A stretch of 64,000 nucleotides of DNA from a virus. The stretch lies in the IMG/VR virus record IMGVR_UViG_3300045971_000356, positions 64,001 to 128,000 of that record, one strand, 5' to 3'. Below are positions 1 through 9,321 of this stretch, in pieces. The notes beneath the pieces are model-generated. The model had not been told where the DNA came from and did not search any database. It saw only the letters and a program-made list of their open reading frames with translations. Within the stretch, counting starts at the first letter, position 1. Each line of letters begins with the position of its first letter. The translations under genes were made by a program, and so were the position numbers.

Positions 1-1506
1 ATTTTAGAAATGGAAGTTATGCCTTCCATGCGTTCGATGATGACTGCTGGTCCAGCGTTAGAGCGCGACAATATTTCTGGTTACAACTGCTCGTATATCG
101 CAGTGGACAATATCAAATCATTCAGCGAAGCATTATACATTTTGATGAATGGCACGGGCTTAGGTTTTTCCGTTGAGCGTCAATATGTCAACATGTTGCC
201 AGCAGTGGCAGAAGATTTTTATGATACAGATACGACAATTTTTGTTAAGGACAGTAAATTAGGTTGGGCTACTTCGTTACATGAATTGATTACGCTACTG
301 TATCAAGGTAAAGTTCCAAAATGGGATCTAACTAAGTTACGTCCAGCCGGTGCACGATTAAAGACCTTCGGCGGCCGTAGCTCAGGTCCAGAGCCATTGA
401 AGGATTTGTTCTTGTTTGTAGTAGCAGCATTTAAGAAAGCAGCAGGACGCAAACTTAACAGCATTGAGTGCCATGATATCATGTGCAAGATTGGTGCTAT
501 TGTGGTTGTTGGCGGCGTTCGCCGCTCTGCGTTGATCTCATTGTCCAACTTGTCTGATGAGCGTATGCGAGCTGCTAAAAACGGTCAGTGGTGGGAAGAT
601 TATGTTCACCGTGCACTGGCTAACAACTCAGTGGCATACACTGAGAAACCAGACATTGGCGTGTTTATGAAAGAGTGGGTATCACTATATGAAAGCAAGT
701 CTGGTGAGCGTGGTATTTTTAATCGCGTATCAGCAGTTAAGCAAGCTAAGGTAACGGGCCGTCGTGAATACGAAGGCATTGATTTTGGAACTAACCCATG
801 TGGCGAGATTTTGCTCCGTCCAAATGAGTTTTGTAACTTGAGTGAGATTGTTGCTCGCTCTGGTGACACATTAGACAGGCTTAAAGAGAAGGTCAAGTAT
901 GCAACTATACTGGGCACATTCCAAGCAACACTGGTTGACTTTAAATACATCCGCAATATTTGGAAAAAGAACTGCGAAGAAGAACGTTTGCTTGGCGTGT
1001 CGCTAACTGGTATTATGGATCACCAAGTGTTAAGTGGTCGCGAAGGTCATGCTAAGTTAGCAGAGTGGTTACTACAGTTGAAACAAGTTGCTATCGACAC
1101 TAACAAAGAGTGGTCAGCAAAACTTGGCATTAACCAGTCAGTGGCTATTACTACTATCAAGCCAAGCGGTTGTCGAACTATCGAATCAAGTATAAAAACC
1201 ACCGCCGGTAATCAGACAATGGTTGAATTAATGGCATTAGCAGGGTATGATATTGATGATTATTTAGATCAAGAGCATGTATGGATTGTACCAAATGATT
1301 TAACTGCTATGCCTCAAGTGTATGACGAAAACAACGAGCTCCAAAACATTACAAAGTTATACATTAACGGATTGTCACCTGTGATAGAAATAGAATTTGA
1401 CGACGGGGCAACTCATAAGTTTACTCCGAATCATAAACTGCTTACACATACTGGCTGGAAACGAGTAGATGAATTGACAGTAGATGATGAGATTGTTTCG
1501 TTCTAA
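1..1506 (+). CDS. nrdJ: Class II (B12-dependent) ribonucleotide reductase, N-terminal fragment fused to split-intein N half (5' end lies upstream of the window)
   Basis: Motifs SGYNC, VVGGVRRSALISLS, TNPCGEI and TTIKPSG; frame is open from base 1; sequence after KPSG switches to intein-like CRT...TPNH. Confidence 0.93.
   Translation: MLEMEVMPSMRSMMTAGPALERDNISGYNCSYIAVDNIKSFSEALYILMNGTGLGFSVERQYVNMLPAVAEDFYDTDTTIFVKDSKLGWATSLHELITLLYQGKVPKWDLTKLRPAGARLKTFGGRSSGPEPLKDLFLFVVAAFKKAAGRKLNSIECHDIMCKIGAIVVVGGVRRSALISLSNLSDERMRAAKNGQWWEDYVHRALANNSVAYTEKPDIGVFMKEWVSLYESKSGERGIFNRVSAVKQAKVTGRREYEGIDFGTNPCGEILLRPNEFCNLSEIVARSGDTLDRLKEKVKYATILGTFQATLVDFKYIRNIWKKNCEEERLLGVSLTGIMDHQVLSGREGHAKLAEWLLQLKQVAIDTNKEWSAKLGINQSVAITTIKPSGCRTIESSIKTTAGNQTMVELMALAGYDIDDYLDQEHVWIVPNDLTAMPQVYDENNELQNITKLYINGLSPVIEIEFDDGATHKFTPNHKLLTHTGWKRVDELTVDDEIVSF
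1171..1503 (+). mobile_element. Split intein, N-terminal half
   Basis: Begins with Cys directly after KPSG; block B motif FTPNHKLL and typical GWKRVDEL...DEI end, then stop. Confidence 0.9.
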
Positions 1507-1556
1507 TAGATAATCACTGCTATAAGCTAACTGGCATAAATAATATAGTAGGCTTA

Positions 1557-2627
1557 ATGGAGGTGAATAAAATGGCAGGGATAGGCAGAGATGAATATAT
1601 CCGAAGACACGGAGTTCAAGCTTGGGAAGAATATAAGGAGAGCAAACGGTCTACATTAGAGAAGAGCATAGCCAAATATGGAGTTGAAGAAGGAACATTA
1701 CGTTATAATGAATCAACCGCAAAGAAAGCAGTAACCCTTAAGAATCAAATAGCAAAGTATGGTATTGAAGAAGGATCGCTGCGGTATAAACAACGCATTG
1801 AAAAAGATAAAACAAAAGGTACGCTGAAAGGATATATCGATAGATATGGAGAAGAGTTAGGCCCCCAAAAATACCTGGAGAAAAATTCAAAATTGTCAGT
1901 CGGGATAGATTCATTGAAGAGCAAAGGATTTAGCGATGAAGAGATAGTTCGAATTAAGGAAATCCACGTAAGAAAAAGCACTATGACTCTTGAAAATCAA
2001 ATTGAACGGTACGGAGTTGAAGATGGAACTATACGCTATCAAAAATGGTTATCTAATAGCAGAATACGATCGCACAGAACAGTTGACTTCTGGATTGCAC
2101 GTGGCTACACTGAACAAGAAGCTAACCAAGCAATAAGTGAATTACAAGATAATACATCGCTTAAAAAGTTTATTGCTCGGTATGGACAAGAAGTTGGATT
2201 ATTAGAATATTTGGCACTTAATGCTAAAAGGACGGAATATTTACGGATAACTAAAAATTCTGTGTCAAAATTAGAGAATCGGTTCTTTGAGGAGTTAGCA
2301 AAAATAACTACATTAGATTTGGAAAAAGGCAAAACAAGTAGAATAGTAATAAATCATAAAGTTTATTTTTGTGATTATATTGATGTTAAAAAAAATAGAG
2401 TTATTGAAGTGAATGGCGTGTTTTGGCATATGAAGCCAGGCAAGTTCAAAAGTATAGAGGTTAACCCTGTTACAAAAAGATTGGCATCAGATATTTGGGA
2501 ATATGATCAGACAAAGATAGAGAAATTAAAAATTGCTGGATTTGAAACATTAGTAGTATGGGAAGATGATATTAACCGGAATTTAGAGGAACAGCTTTTA
2601 GTAGCAAAGAAATTTTTAGAGGAATGA
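1557..2627 (+). CDS. Free-standing homing endonuclease (IxKYGxEEG repeats plus C-terminal Vsr/DUF559-like nuclease) between the intein halves
   Basis: Repeated KYGxEEGxxRY units; IEVNGVFWH...GFETLVVWEDD; ATAAATA upstream. Confidence 0.8.
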   Translation: MEVNKMAGIGRDEYIRRHGVQAWEEYKESKRSTLEKSIAKYGVEEGTLRYNESTAKKAVTLKNQIAKYGIEEGSLRYKQRIEKDKTKGTLKGYIDRYGEELGPQKYLEKNSKLSVGIDSLKSKGFSDEEIVRIKEIHVRKSTMTLENQIERYGVEDGTIRYQKWLSNSRIRSHRTVDFWIARGYTEQEANQAISELQDNTSLKKFIARYGQEVGLLEYLALNAKRTEYLRITKNSVSKLENRFFEELAKITTLDLEKGKTSRIVINHKVYFCDYIDVKKNRVIEVNGVFWHMKPGKFKSIEVNPVTKRLASDIWEYDQTKIEKLKIAGFETLVVWEDDINRNLEEQLLVAKKFLEE

Positions 2628-2734
2628 AAATGAAAATTAAGAAAATAACAAAGTTAGCACCAGAAATCACAGTGGATATTGAGGTAGCAAACACTCACTC
2701 ATATCAACTAGACAATGGTGTAGTATCACATAAC
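2624..2734 (+). mobile_element. Split intein, C-terminal half (ends His-Asn; +1 residue Thr)
   Basis: Blocks F/G VDIEVANTHSY...SHN|T. Confidence 0.9.
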
Positions 2735-3283
2735 ACAGTTTCACAGTTAGTCGATTCAGCGTCTGGCATCCACGCACGTTACTCGCAATACTACATTCGC
2801 ACAGTGCGTCAAGACAAGAAAGATCCGTTGGGACAGTTTTTGAAAGACGCAGGTATTCCATGTGAAGATGACGTTACTAAGCCCGAGGCAACATGGGTGT
2901 TTAGTTTCCCACAAAAAGCGCCTGAAACAGCAGTTTTCCGTAACGATATGACAGCAATCGAGCAATTAGAACACTATATGGTGTTTAAAAAGAACTGGTG
3001 TGAACACAACCCATCTATTACAGTGTATGTGAGAGAAAACGAATGGTTAGAAGTTGGTTCATGGGTTTACAAAAACTTTGATGACATTGGTGGTGTTTCG
3101 TTCTTGCCACACAGCGACCACTCATACCGTCAAGCACCGTATCAAGAAGTGGACAAGGCAACATACGAGGCATTGCTTGCCAAGATGCCTAATATCGATT
3201 GGGACTCATTTGCAGAAGTCACCGACAATGTCGAAGGTGCACAAACTCTTGCTTGCTCCGCTGGCGGCTGCGAAATTTTATAA
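2624..3283 (+). CDS. nrdJ: Split-intein C half fused to NrdJ C-terminal fragment
   Basis: MKIKKI...TVDIEV...NGVVSHN followed by TVSQLVDSASGIH; EHNPSITV, GVSFLP and C-terminal CSAGGCEI. Confidence 0.92.
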   Translation: MKMKIKKITKLAPEITVDIEVANTHSYQLDNGVVSHNTVSQLVDSASGIHARYSQYYIRTVRQDKKDPLGQFLKDAGIPCEDDVTKPEATWVFSFPQKAPETAVFRNDMTAIEQLEHYMVFKKNWCEHNPSITVYVRENEWLEVGSWVYKNFDDIGGVSFLPHSDHSYRQAPYQEVDKATYEALLAKMPNIDWDSFAEVTDNVEGAQTLACSAGGCEIL

Positions 3284-3357
3284 AGGGCAAGGTATGATCA
3301 ACATTTACTTGATTTGGCAGACCCTGACTATGAATGTTAACGTAGAGCGTAGCAAAT

Positions 3358-3951
3358 ATGAAGATTAACGAAATTGAATTAGTTGGTGATCAAGATTTTC
3401 CGCTTGCAACAGCCGAACATTATTTGTCACTTGCTAGGCCAAACGGTACATTTGGTGATTTCGTTGTTTACTATGCTGAATTTGACGATGCTAGGGTAGT
3501 AATTTTTGTTGACGATAAAAAACAAGTAGCTGCATACGCTGGGTTCTACTCTAGGTTAAATGGAAAAGTTTGGATGGCTAGGCATGCGCAAACGTATGAC
3601 CCGCATAAAGGTAAAAATTTAATGGGGCAACTTTATAAATATGTCAAGGAAACGCTAAGAAAATCAATTCAAAGCGACATATTTCAGACTTATGCCGGTA
3701 AAAAAATGTGGACAGTAACGTTGCCAGCACTGGGATTAAAACCAATGATTTTTGACACTCAAACTGAACATATTATTGATCCTATAACATCCAGCATCAA
3801 CGTTTATCCGGGAGATAAAGATCCAGACGTTCATCGATATTGTTGGATATTAGAAAAATATGATCATTACCCGGATCAGAACATATTACGAGAGAATTCA
3901 ATATTGACACCATATACTGGAATATGGTATACTAACAACAAAGGAAAATAA
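3358..3951 (+). CDS. GNAT-like hypothetical protein with MKINEI N-terminal tag
   Basis: KGKNLMGQLY and QSD..QT..GKKMW resemble acetyltransferase motifs. Confidence 0.45.
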   Translation: MKINEIELVGDQDFPLATAEHYLSLARPNGTFGDFVVYYAEFDDARVVIFVDDKKQVAAYAGFYSRLNGKVWMARHAQTYDPHKGKNLMGQLYKYVKETLRKSIQSDIFQTYAGKKMWTVTLPALGLKPMIFDTQTEHIIDPITSSINVYPGDKDPDVHRYCWILEKYDHYPDQNILRENSILTPYTGIWYTNNKGK

Positions 3952-3952
3952 A

Positions 3953-4234
3953 ATGTTAACAATCTACTCTAAAAACAACTGCTCTTACTGTGTTCAAGCA
4001 AAAGACTTTCTTACAAGTCGTGGTGTTGCGTTCACTGAGGTAAAAATTGATGAAGATGCGGAAGCAAAAAACTTTATTATTAGCGAGGGGCATCGCACGG
4101 TGCCACAGATTTACAATGGTAAGACATTGTTTGCACCAGGTGGGTTTATGGGATTGTTAAGCGTAACGCCAGAAGCATTTGCTGCGTTACAAGCAGAAAA
4201 ATATTCTGTGTTGAGCGAAGAGTTTAGTCATTAA
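3953..4234 (+). CDS. Glutaredoxin
   Basis: CSYC active site and RTVPQI motif; next to the RNR. Confidence 0.9.
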   Translation: MLTIYSKNNCSYCVQAKDFLTSRGVAFTEVKIDEDAEAKNFIISEGHRTVPQIYNGKTLFAPGGFMGLLSVTPEAFAALQAEKYSVLSEEFSH

Positions 4235-4235
4235 T

Positions 4236-4859
4236 ATGGAATGGACTACTGACCCAAGGTTAAATTTTGCAAATACATTTCTGGCAGAAATGCCAGAAGG
4301 TATAGGGAAGACTGAGTTAGTAGATAAAATTGAATATTTTATTAAAGATTATAAAAAAGAATATCCTGTAATTACATTACCAAATGGATTAAAAAAAATC
4401 GACGGGCAGCAAGTAATGTTTTATTGGTTTGAAGATAACTATGGCAAGATGTCTATAGGTGTGGAACTAGAAAAATCACCATTTGCTGCTATTGTTCGAT
4501 CGATTGGTAAATTTAATAAAGGCAGGCCACCGTTTGCTTCAGATTTGTATGCTGCTATAATATCTGATCTGCATGGATCATTGAGACTAACAAGCGATGT
4601 TCAATTGTCTGATGAGGGACTAGGAATATGGAAGCGATTACTTGGAAATGGGTTTAAGGTTGGCGTGTATGATTCTCAAGAACCGGGCAAAACATTTACC
4701 CAAGTTTCAACACCTGAGGAACTAGAAAAATTTTATAAATTTGACAATACGTCATATAGACGATATCAATATGTTATATCTGAAAGTTTCCACGGCATTG
4801 AGGTAAAACACTTATTTGAATTTAGACGATTCAGAGAATTAACTCCAAAATTATTATAA
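4236..4859 (+). CDS. GNAT-like hypothetical protein
   Basis: KGRPPFASDLY and TSD.QLSDEGLGIWKRL, similar to 3358..3951. Confidence 0.4.
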   Translation: MEWTTDPRLNFANTFLAEMPEGIGKTELVDKIEYFIKDYKKEYPVITLPNGLKKIDGQQVMFYWFEDNYGKMSIGVELEKSPFAAIVRSIGKFNKGRPPFASDLYAAIISDLHGSLRLTSDVQLSDEGLGIWKRLLGNGFKVGVYDSQEPGKTFTQVSTPEELEKFYKFDNTSYRRYQYVISESFHGIEVKHLFEFRRFRELTPKLL

Positions 4860-4868
4860 AGGAACAAA

Positions 4869-5195
4869 ATGTTAGTAAGTAAAAAATTCGAGTCAGGCAC
4901 TGAACCAGGCACTGTACTGTCGTTGAAATTAGTAAACGGCGATGAATTAGTCGTTAAGTTGAGTAATGAGACAACAAGTAGTTATGAAGTTACTGGGCCA
5001 ATGACAGTGTTGCCAACACAAACTGGTGTTAAGTTAATTAACGCTATGTTTACAGTAGAGCCTGGCAAAGATTTTTCAATATCAAAAGATCATGTCATGA
5101 TGGCTCACCCGGCAGCAGAGCCTGTTGCGGATCACTATCGTGAAATTACCACAGGAATTAAAACTGTGCGTAATGAGAGTCGGATTATCGTATAA
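4869..5195 (+). CDS. Conserved phage hypothetical protein (Sm-like fold)
   Basis: LKLVNGDELV start and HYREITTGI end; SD AAGGA. Confidence 0.5.
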   Translation: MLVSKKFESGTEPGTVLSLKLVNGDELVVKLSNETTSSYEVTGPMTVLPTQTGVKLINAMFTVEPGKDFSISKDHVMMAHPAAEPVADHYREITTGIKTVRNESRIIV

Positions 5196-5458
5196 TGCCA
5201 GCAGTAGTTCGCGTCGGTGACACCGACAGCGATTCACCACCCAACACGAAAACATCTGGGTCTCCAGATGTTTTCGTCAACGGGCAACCTGTAGTTCGTG
5301 TTGGCGATACTGACAGTGATTCCCCGCCAGATTCGATGACAACGGGCTCAGCTACTGTATTCGTCAACGGCAAAGGTATTGTTAGGGTGGGTGACACAGA
5401 CAGCGATTCCCCTCCAGATTCGTGTGTTTCAGGCTCTCCTGATGTGTTCGCAGGCTAA
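5195..5458 (+). CDS. PAAR-repeat spike tip protein
   Basis: Three VRVGD...GSxxVFVNG repeats. Confidence 0.88.
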   Translation: MPAVVRVGDTDSDSPPNTKTSGSPDVFVNGQPVVRVGDTDSDSPPDSMTTGSATVFVNGKGIVRVGDTDSDSPPDSCVSGSPDVFAG

Positions 5459-5573
5459 AGAACCATAATTCTAGGCACTTCTCCTACTTTGTGTTATTAT
5501 TACTACATTAACGATAGTGATAAATAACATACAGGGTGAAAACTCTGTAAATTGCAAACAAGGAGACCCAGAT

Positions 5574-6203
5574 ATGGAAAGAAATTTCTTCCTAAATAAG
5601 TTATCATTTGCAGTTTTTTTAGTCTTGGCAGCAATACTGTATACGACAGTCTTCACTACCACGAGCAAGGCATTTAAAAACTTTGATACAAATAGTACGC
5701 CGCTAACGACGTTTAAGCTGATGGGCTTACTCGATGTTTACCGTGACGTAAAACAACAAGCTATAGGCATAATTGCACCTGATAAAAAAGTTGCTGTGCC
5801 CGCCAACGACCTTCAGTGTATGGCTGAAAACATTTACCACGAAGCAAATAACCAAAGCTATGCTGGTAAGATCGCCGTTGGACAAGTAGTGTTAAACAGG
5901 GTTGCAAAGCCCGATTATCCACGCACAATTTGCGGTGTTATCTACGAAGGTAGTCAGAACACGCAAACCTCACAATGTCAGTTTAGTTGGAGTTGCGGCC
6001 CACATAATCCTGTTGACAAAAATAGTGATGGCTGGCGCGAGAGCGTGAAAGCAGCCACTGAACTTTTGTCAAACAAAGGGCACATGATTGATATCACCGA
6101 GGGGGCCACTAACTACCACGCTGAATATGTTTCGCCGCCATGGGCGAAGAAATTAAAGTTTGTCGTTAAAATTGACCAACATTTATTTTATTCACGTAGT
6201 TAG
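5574..6203 (+). CDS. SleB-like cell wall hydrolase (Hydrolase_2)
   Basis: CMAENIYHEA, VVLNRV, CQFSW, GATNYHA and HLFY motifs; N-terminal hydrophobic helix; SD AGGAG. Confidence 0.9.
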   Translation: MERNFFLNKLSFAVFLVLAAILYTTVFTTTSKAFKNFDTNSTPLTTFKLMGLLDVYRDVKQQAIGIIAPDKKVAVPANDLQCMAENIYHEANNQSYAGKIAVGQVVLNRVAKPDYPRTICGVIYEGSQNTQTSQCQFSWSCGPHNPVDKNSDGWRESVKAATELLSNKGHMIDITEGATNYHAEYVSPPWAKKLKFVVKIDQHLFYSRS

Positions 6204-6794
6204 TATCTTGCATGTAAAATGTTTATGGTGAGATCTTATTCCGTTAGAAACTGAACACATTGATCCAGTGTCTAAATTGAAATCTCTGCATATTTGCGCT
6301 AAATTTTTAGTTACAATAACTTCCCCGCTTGGGGTTGTTACCTCATAATATCGTGCTTTACGCAATAAAAATTCAGGATCATTCCATTTATGTTTATTAC
6401 ATTGAACCATTTTATTTCGATATTCAGGATTTTGCCATTGCCTCTTACTTGCTTCGGATATCAACAATTTAGTTTGGGCAGCATGTGATGTATCTTTATG
6501 CGACCCACCTCGCGTGAGATTATATCCAGCAGTATGATGAGAATCAACAAACGTATTATACTCAGATATAAAATGTGGTTCCATTATGTTTAATGTGTGC
6601 CATTTATCGAGTGATTGATATAGGATGTCAAATTGAAAATTATTTATTCCATATTTTTGGATGGCTTGATATATTGCTTGCTTTCTCTTAGATCTTTTGT
6701 GATACAACATCCTCTTGGTATAGTTGCTGGTAAAACCAATGTAACTCTTATTGTTTAATAAGTTAGTTATCTTATAGATAGTATAAATATTCAT
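6192..6794 (-). CDS. GIY-YIG homing endonuclease
   Basis: TIYKITNLLNNKSYIG, GYNLTRGG and C-terminal HTH-like region. Confidence 0.88.
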   Translation of the reverse strand: MNIYTIYKITNLLNNKSYIGFTSNYTKRMLYHKRSKRKQAIYQAIQKYGINNFQFDILYQSLDKWHTLNIMEPHFISEYNTFVDSHHTAGYNLTRGGSHKDTSHAAQTKLLISEASKRQWQNPEYRNKMVQCNKHKWNDPEFLLRKARYYEVTTPSGEVIVTKNLAQICRDFNLDTGSMCSVSNGIRSHHKHFTCKILTT

Positions 6795-6849
6795 GCTGAT
6801 TGTCCTTCACGACGTTAGAGTAGTTGGAACCGCCAAGTTCGCGAACTAC
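6795..6849 (-). ncRNA. Candidate structured leader RNA of GIY-YIG gene (copy 1)
   Basis: GUAGUU-cgc-GAAC-loop-GUUC-c-AACUAC-UCUAAC-GUC-gugaag-GAC-aaucagc-AUG; covaries with the copy at 49564-49617. Confidence 0.7.
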
Positions 6850-6863
6850 ATAAATATATTTAT

Positions 6864-7538
6864 GTGTATCAATTATTTGGGAAAATTATAGTGGAAGTTT
6901 CCATTGGTGCCTTATACAAGGAAATGCTACGGCTGGCGGTAATAACGCCAGTTGGAGTTGAGTTTACTGTGGCAGAATTTACTAAGATTTTGCGGAATTA
7001 TTCCGCAACGTCTGAAGTAAGAGTAGTATCTGCCCGGCACTCCGAGGTTGATTTTAACCAAATCGTAATCACAGGCGAGTATGATCCGTTTGACGACGAG
7101 TCAGGCTTACCTGCAATTACAATTACAGTACATTACTCGCCAAAACAAAAAACTATCAAGTTTGCTGACATAGACTGGCCGCAAGTTTGTATAGATTTAA
7201 TTGAGTGTACTGGTCACGAGGTCATCCATCGTCAGCAGTACAGGAATCGTAATTTTGAAATTCCTGAGTTGATTTTTGCAAGTAGGAGCAAAGAGGGCAA
7301 AGCAAAAGAGATTCAAGAGTATCTCGGTAACGTTGACGAAATTGAAGCACACGGCTACAGCATAGCAGCAGAGGTATTTTTAAAGTACCAGCCTAAACGA
7401 CTCAATGTCACCAACGTAAAAGACAATCTTATCTTTAAAGCATACGTGGCTGCGTTTGGTAGAAATCACCACATAGTTAAAAAACTTATAAAATATTCAC
7501 TGACTTATTTTGAATTTCTACACGAGGGGAAAGTATAA
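6864..7538 (+). CDS. Putative zinc metallopeptidase-like protein
   Basis: GHEVIH (HExxH) and YLGNVDEIEAHG. Confidence 0.55.
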   Translation: MYQLFGKIIVEVSIGALYKEMLRLAVITPVGVEFTVAEFTKILRNYSATSEVRVVSARHSEVDFNQIVITGEYDPFDDESGLPAITITVHYSPKQKTIKFADIDWPQVCIDLIECTGHEVIHRQQYRNRNFEIPELIFASRSKEGKAKEIQEYLGNVDEIEAHGYSIAAEVFLKYQPKRLNVTNVKDNLIFKAYVAAFGRNHHIVKKLIKYSLTYFEFLHEGKV

Positions 7539-7801
7539 TGGGCAAGAACAAAAAAAGCAAAAAAGTGTTAGACAAAGTCGAAGAAGAGATTGAACAAATC
7601 ACTGACGCGATGGAAGAAGCAGACGGTGAGGGTTTTGATATTGGCGACGATGATTATGGCTTTATTTTGTCTAATGACGGAACCATTAAGGCGCTTATAC
7701 TGCCTCGTGAGTATTGCATAACACCTGAGTCGGTGTTAAAAATTTGCAAAGTGTTGGGAATTAAAGGGTTGGATGAACTGCAACCACAGTACATGCACTA
7801 A
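7538..7801 (+). CDS. Hypothetical acidic protein
   Basis: ORF coupled to the upstream stop (TAATG). Confidence 0.6.
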   Translation: MGKNKKSKKVLDKVEEEIEQITDAMEEADGEGFDIGDDDYGFILSNDGTIKALILPREYCITPESVLKICKVLGIKGLDELQPQYMH

Positions 7802-8253
7802 ACGATTTGCGCCTGGTCAACTAACGGCGCAAGTAAGTTGAAATTAGTTCTTGCTTGCTCGTTGGACGACACAATTTTGTCCAGCCCAACATCGTGCCCA
7901 CCACCAGCGACACGATTCCTTACGTTACCAGCAGCAATGTGGGCATCTGTGCTTTTAAGGTACAGCAGCACATTGTAACCGTTTGCTTTGGCGGCAGCGA
8001 TTTTATTCTTCTGTGCTTGCAAGTTGGACGCAGTGGTTGGATGAGCCACGTTTTCTTTGTTTTTAAACGCAGTAAGCAGCATTGGCTTTATTGCGGAAAT
8101 CGCAGCAGACACACCAAGTTGACCTTTGATAGCGTCAACATCAACTAACTGATACGTTGAAAATTCTGGGTGGTGCTCGATAAAATAGTTCTTGCCTGAG
8201 CCAGCGCCACCGATTACGATTACAAATGTGGGATTTAAGTCTGTTGCTTGCAT
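7798..8253 (-). CDS. Zeta-toxin-like P-loop kinase
   Basis: GGAGSGK Walker A, VDVD and RVAGGGHDV; ATAAATA just upstream. Confidence 0.7.
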   Translation of the reverse strand: MQATDLNPTFVIVIGGAGSGKNYFIEHHPEFSTYQLVDVDAIKGQLGVSAAISAIKPMLLTAFKNKENVAHPTTASNLQAQKNKIAAAKANGYNVLLYLKSTDAHIAAGNVRNRVAGGGHDVGLDKIVSSNEQARTNFNLLAPLVDQAQIV

Positions 8254-8260
8254 GCTGTAT

Positions 8261-8467
8261 TTATGCCCACTTTAGCATAAACATCATCATGTCTTGCTCA
8301 CGGTCCCACGACAAAATAAAGAAGTCGCCCTTTTTGCGTATTTTTGGCAAATTGTATGGCCACGGCTCTGCTTTATCAATGGTATCTATTATTCGTTGCT
8401 GAATGGTAATCCACTCGTCTTTAGTTTTGAGACAACCATAGTTAAGTGTTTGCGGACTTCTACTCAT
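8261..8467 (-). CDS. Small hypothetical protein (D..MF.LKW C-terminal family)
   Basis: Ends REQDMMMFMLKWA. Confidence 0.55.
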   Translation of the reverse strand: MSRSPQTLNYGCLKTKDEWITIQQRIIDTIDKAEPWPYNLPKIRKKGDFFILSWDREQDMMMFMLKWA

Positions 8468-8628
8468 GAATATTTCAACGTAAAAAATACTGCGTCACGC
8501 GCATCTTCAAACAAAACGTCGCACGTATCATCAAACCCGCTCCAATCCAGTCTGAATGAGCCACGAGCATACATACGCAACTGTGGACGAATTACTTCGT
8601 AGCGGTAAGGAAAAGTGACTTTAATCAT
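8464..8628 (-). CDS. Small hypothetical protein, not in the ORF track
   Basis: Manual translation MIKVTFPYRY...FEDARDAVFFTLKYS; ATGA coupling at both ends. Confidence 0.55.
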   Translation of the reverse strand: MIKVTFPYRYEVIRPQLRMYARGSFRLDWSGFDDTCDVLFEDARDAVFFTLKYS

Positions 8629-8788
8629 TTGCGTACAGAATAAAAATCACAATAGCCAACTTTAGTCTCAGTTTGCTTTCTGTGCATTGCGGTGATACAC
8701 TGTGCTTCAGTCGCGAAGGAGTAAGTCTCAATCTTGGACGGAGACTCCCCACCGTTTACTAAAATGACAAGTGTAAGCAGCCACATAT

Positions 8789-9127
8789 TTAGATGTAAAG
8801 TGCAGTGTTCAACGCTGGGACATAAGCGCGGATAATGTCGTTTTCACGAGCGTGGGCAGCAAGTTTACCGCGCACAATTTCCAGCAAGCCGTATGTAAAG
8901 TTTTCAGCGCCGTGTGTACGCAAAGCATCGCACAGGCCCCAAGCCTTGTTTTCGTTGCGAGCACGTTCAGCATGTTTTTGCATACGCACTTTAAGACGTT
9001 GTTTAACACTGCCAGAAGCAACAGTAAGGCCAACGTATTGCTCGCCAGTCACAACGCATGTAATCACGTAGATTGCATGACGACGGTCTGAGCGGGCTTT
9101 GCGTTTTGCTGTAATGTTTTGTTCCAT
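8789..9127 (-). CDS. Small GIY-YIG nuclease domain protein
   Basis: AIYVITCVVTGEQYVG, R..KH, E and LN residues; own sigma70 promoter 6 nt before the ATG. Confidence 0.75.
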   Translation of the reverse strand: MEQNITAKRKARSDRRHAIYVITCVVTGEQYVGLTVASGSVKQRLKVRMQKHAERARNENKAWGLCDALRTHGAENFTYGLLEIVRGKLAAHARENDIIRAYVPALNTALYI

Positions 9128-9133
9128 GTGTAT

Positions 9134-9296
9134 ATTATAGCGCAGTTTCACACCGAAGTCAACAGATTTCACCACATAAATGCGTGGTAACCCGTTGATT
9201 TCATTGATTATTTTAACGATTTTGCCTTATTTTAAGGCAGATTTGCTGTATTCTTGTGAAATAATGGTTGACAGTCAAGCATTTTGGTGTTATAAT
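9134..9296. promoter_or_regulatory. Divergent pair of sigma70-type early promoters
   Basis: Minus strand TTGACT-17-TATAAT (9162-9134); plus strand TTGACA-17-TATAAT (9268-9296). Confidence 0.85.
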
Positions 9297-9321
9297 AACA
9301 GCATACGCAAAAGGAACTGAC

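Noticed and set aside
7798-8467. Zeta/epsilon toxin-antitoxin pair
   Set aside because: The kinase is short and has its own late promoter, and the upstream ORF belongs to a dispersed mini-protein family rather than resembling an antitoxin.
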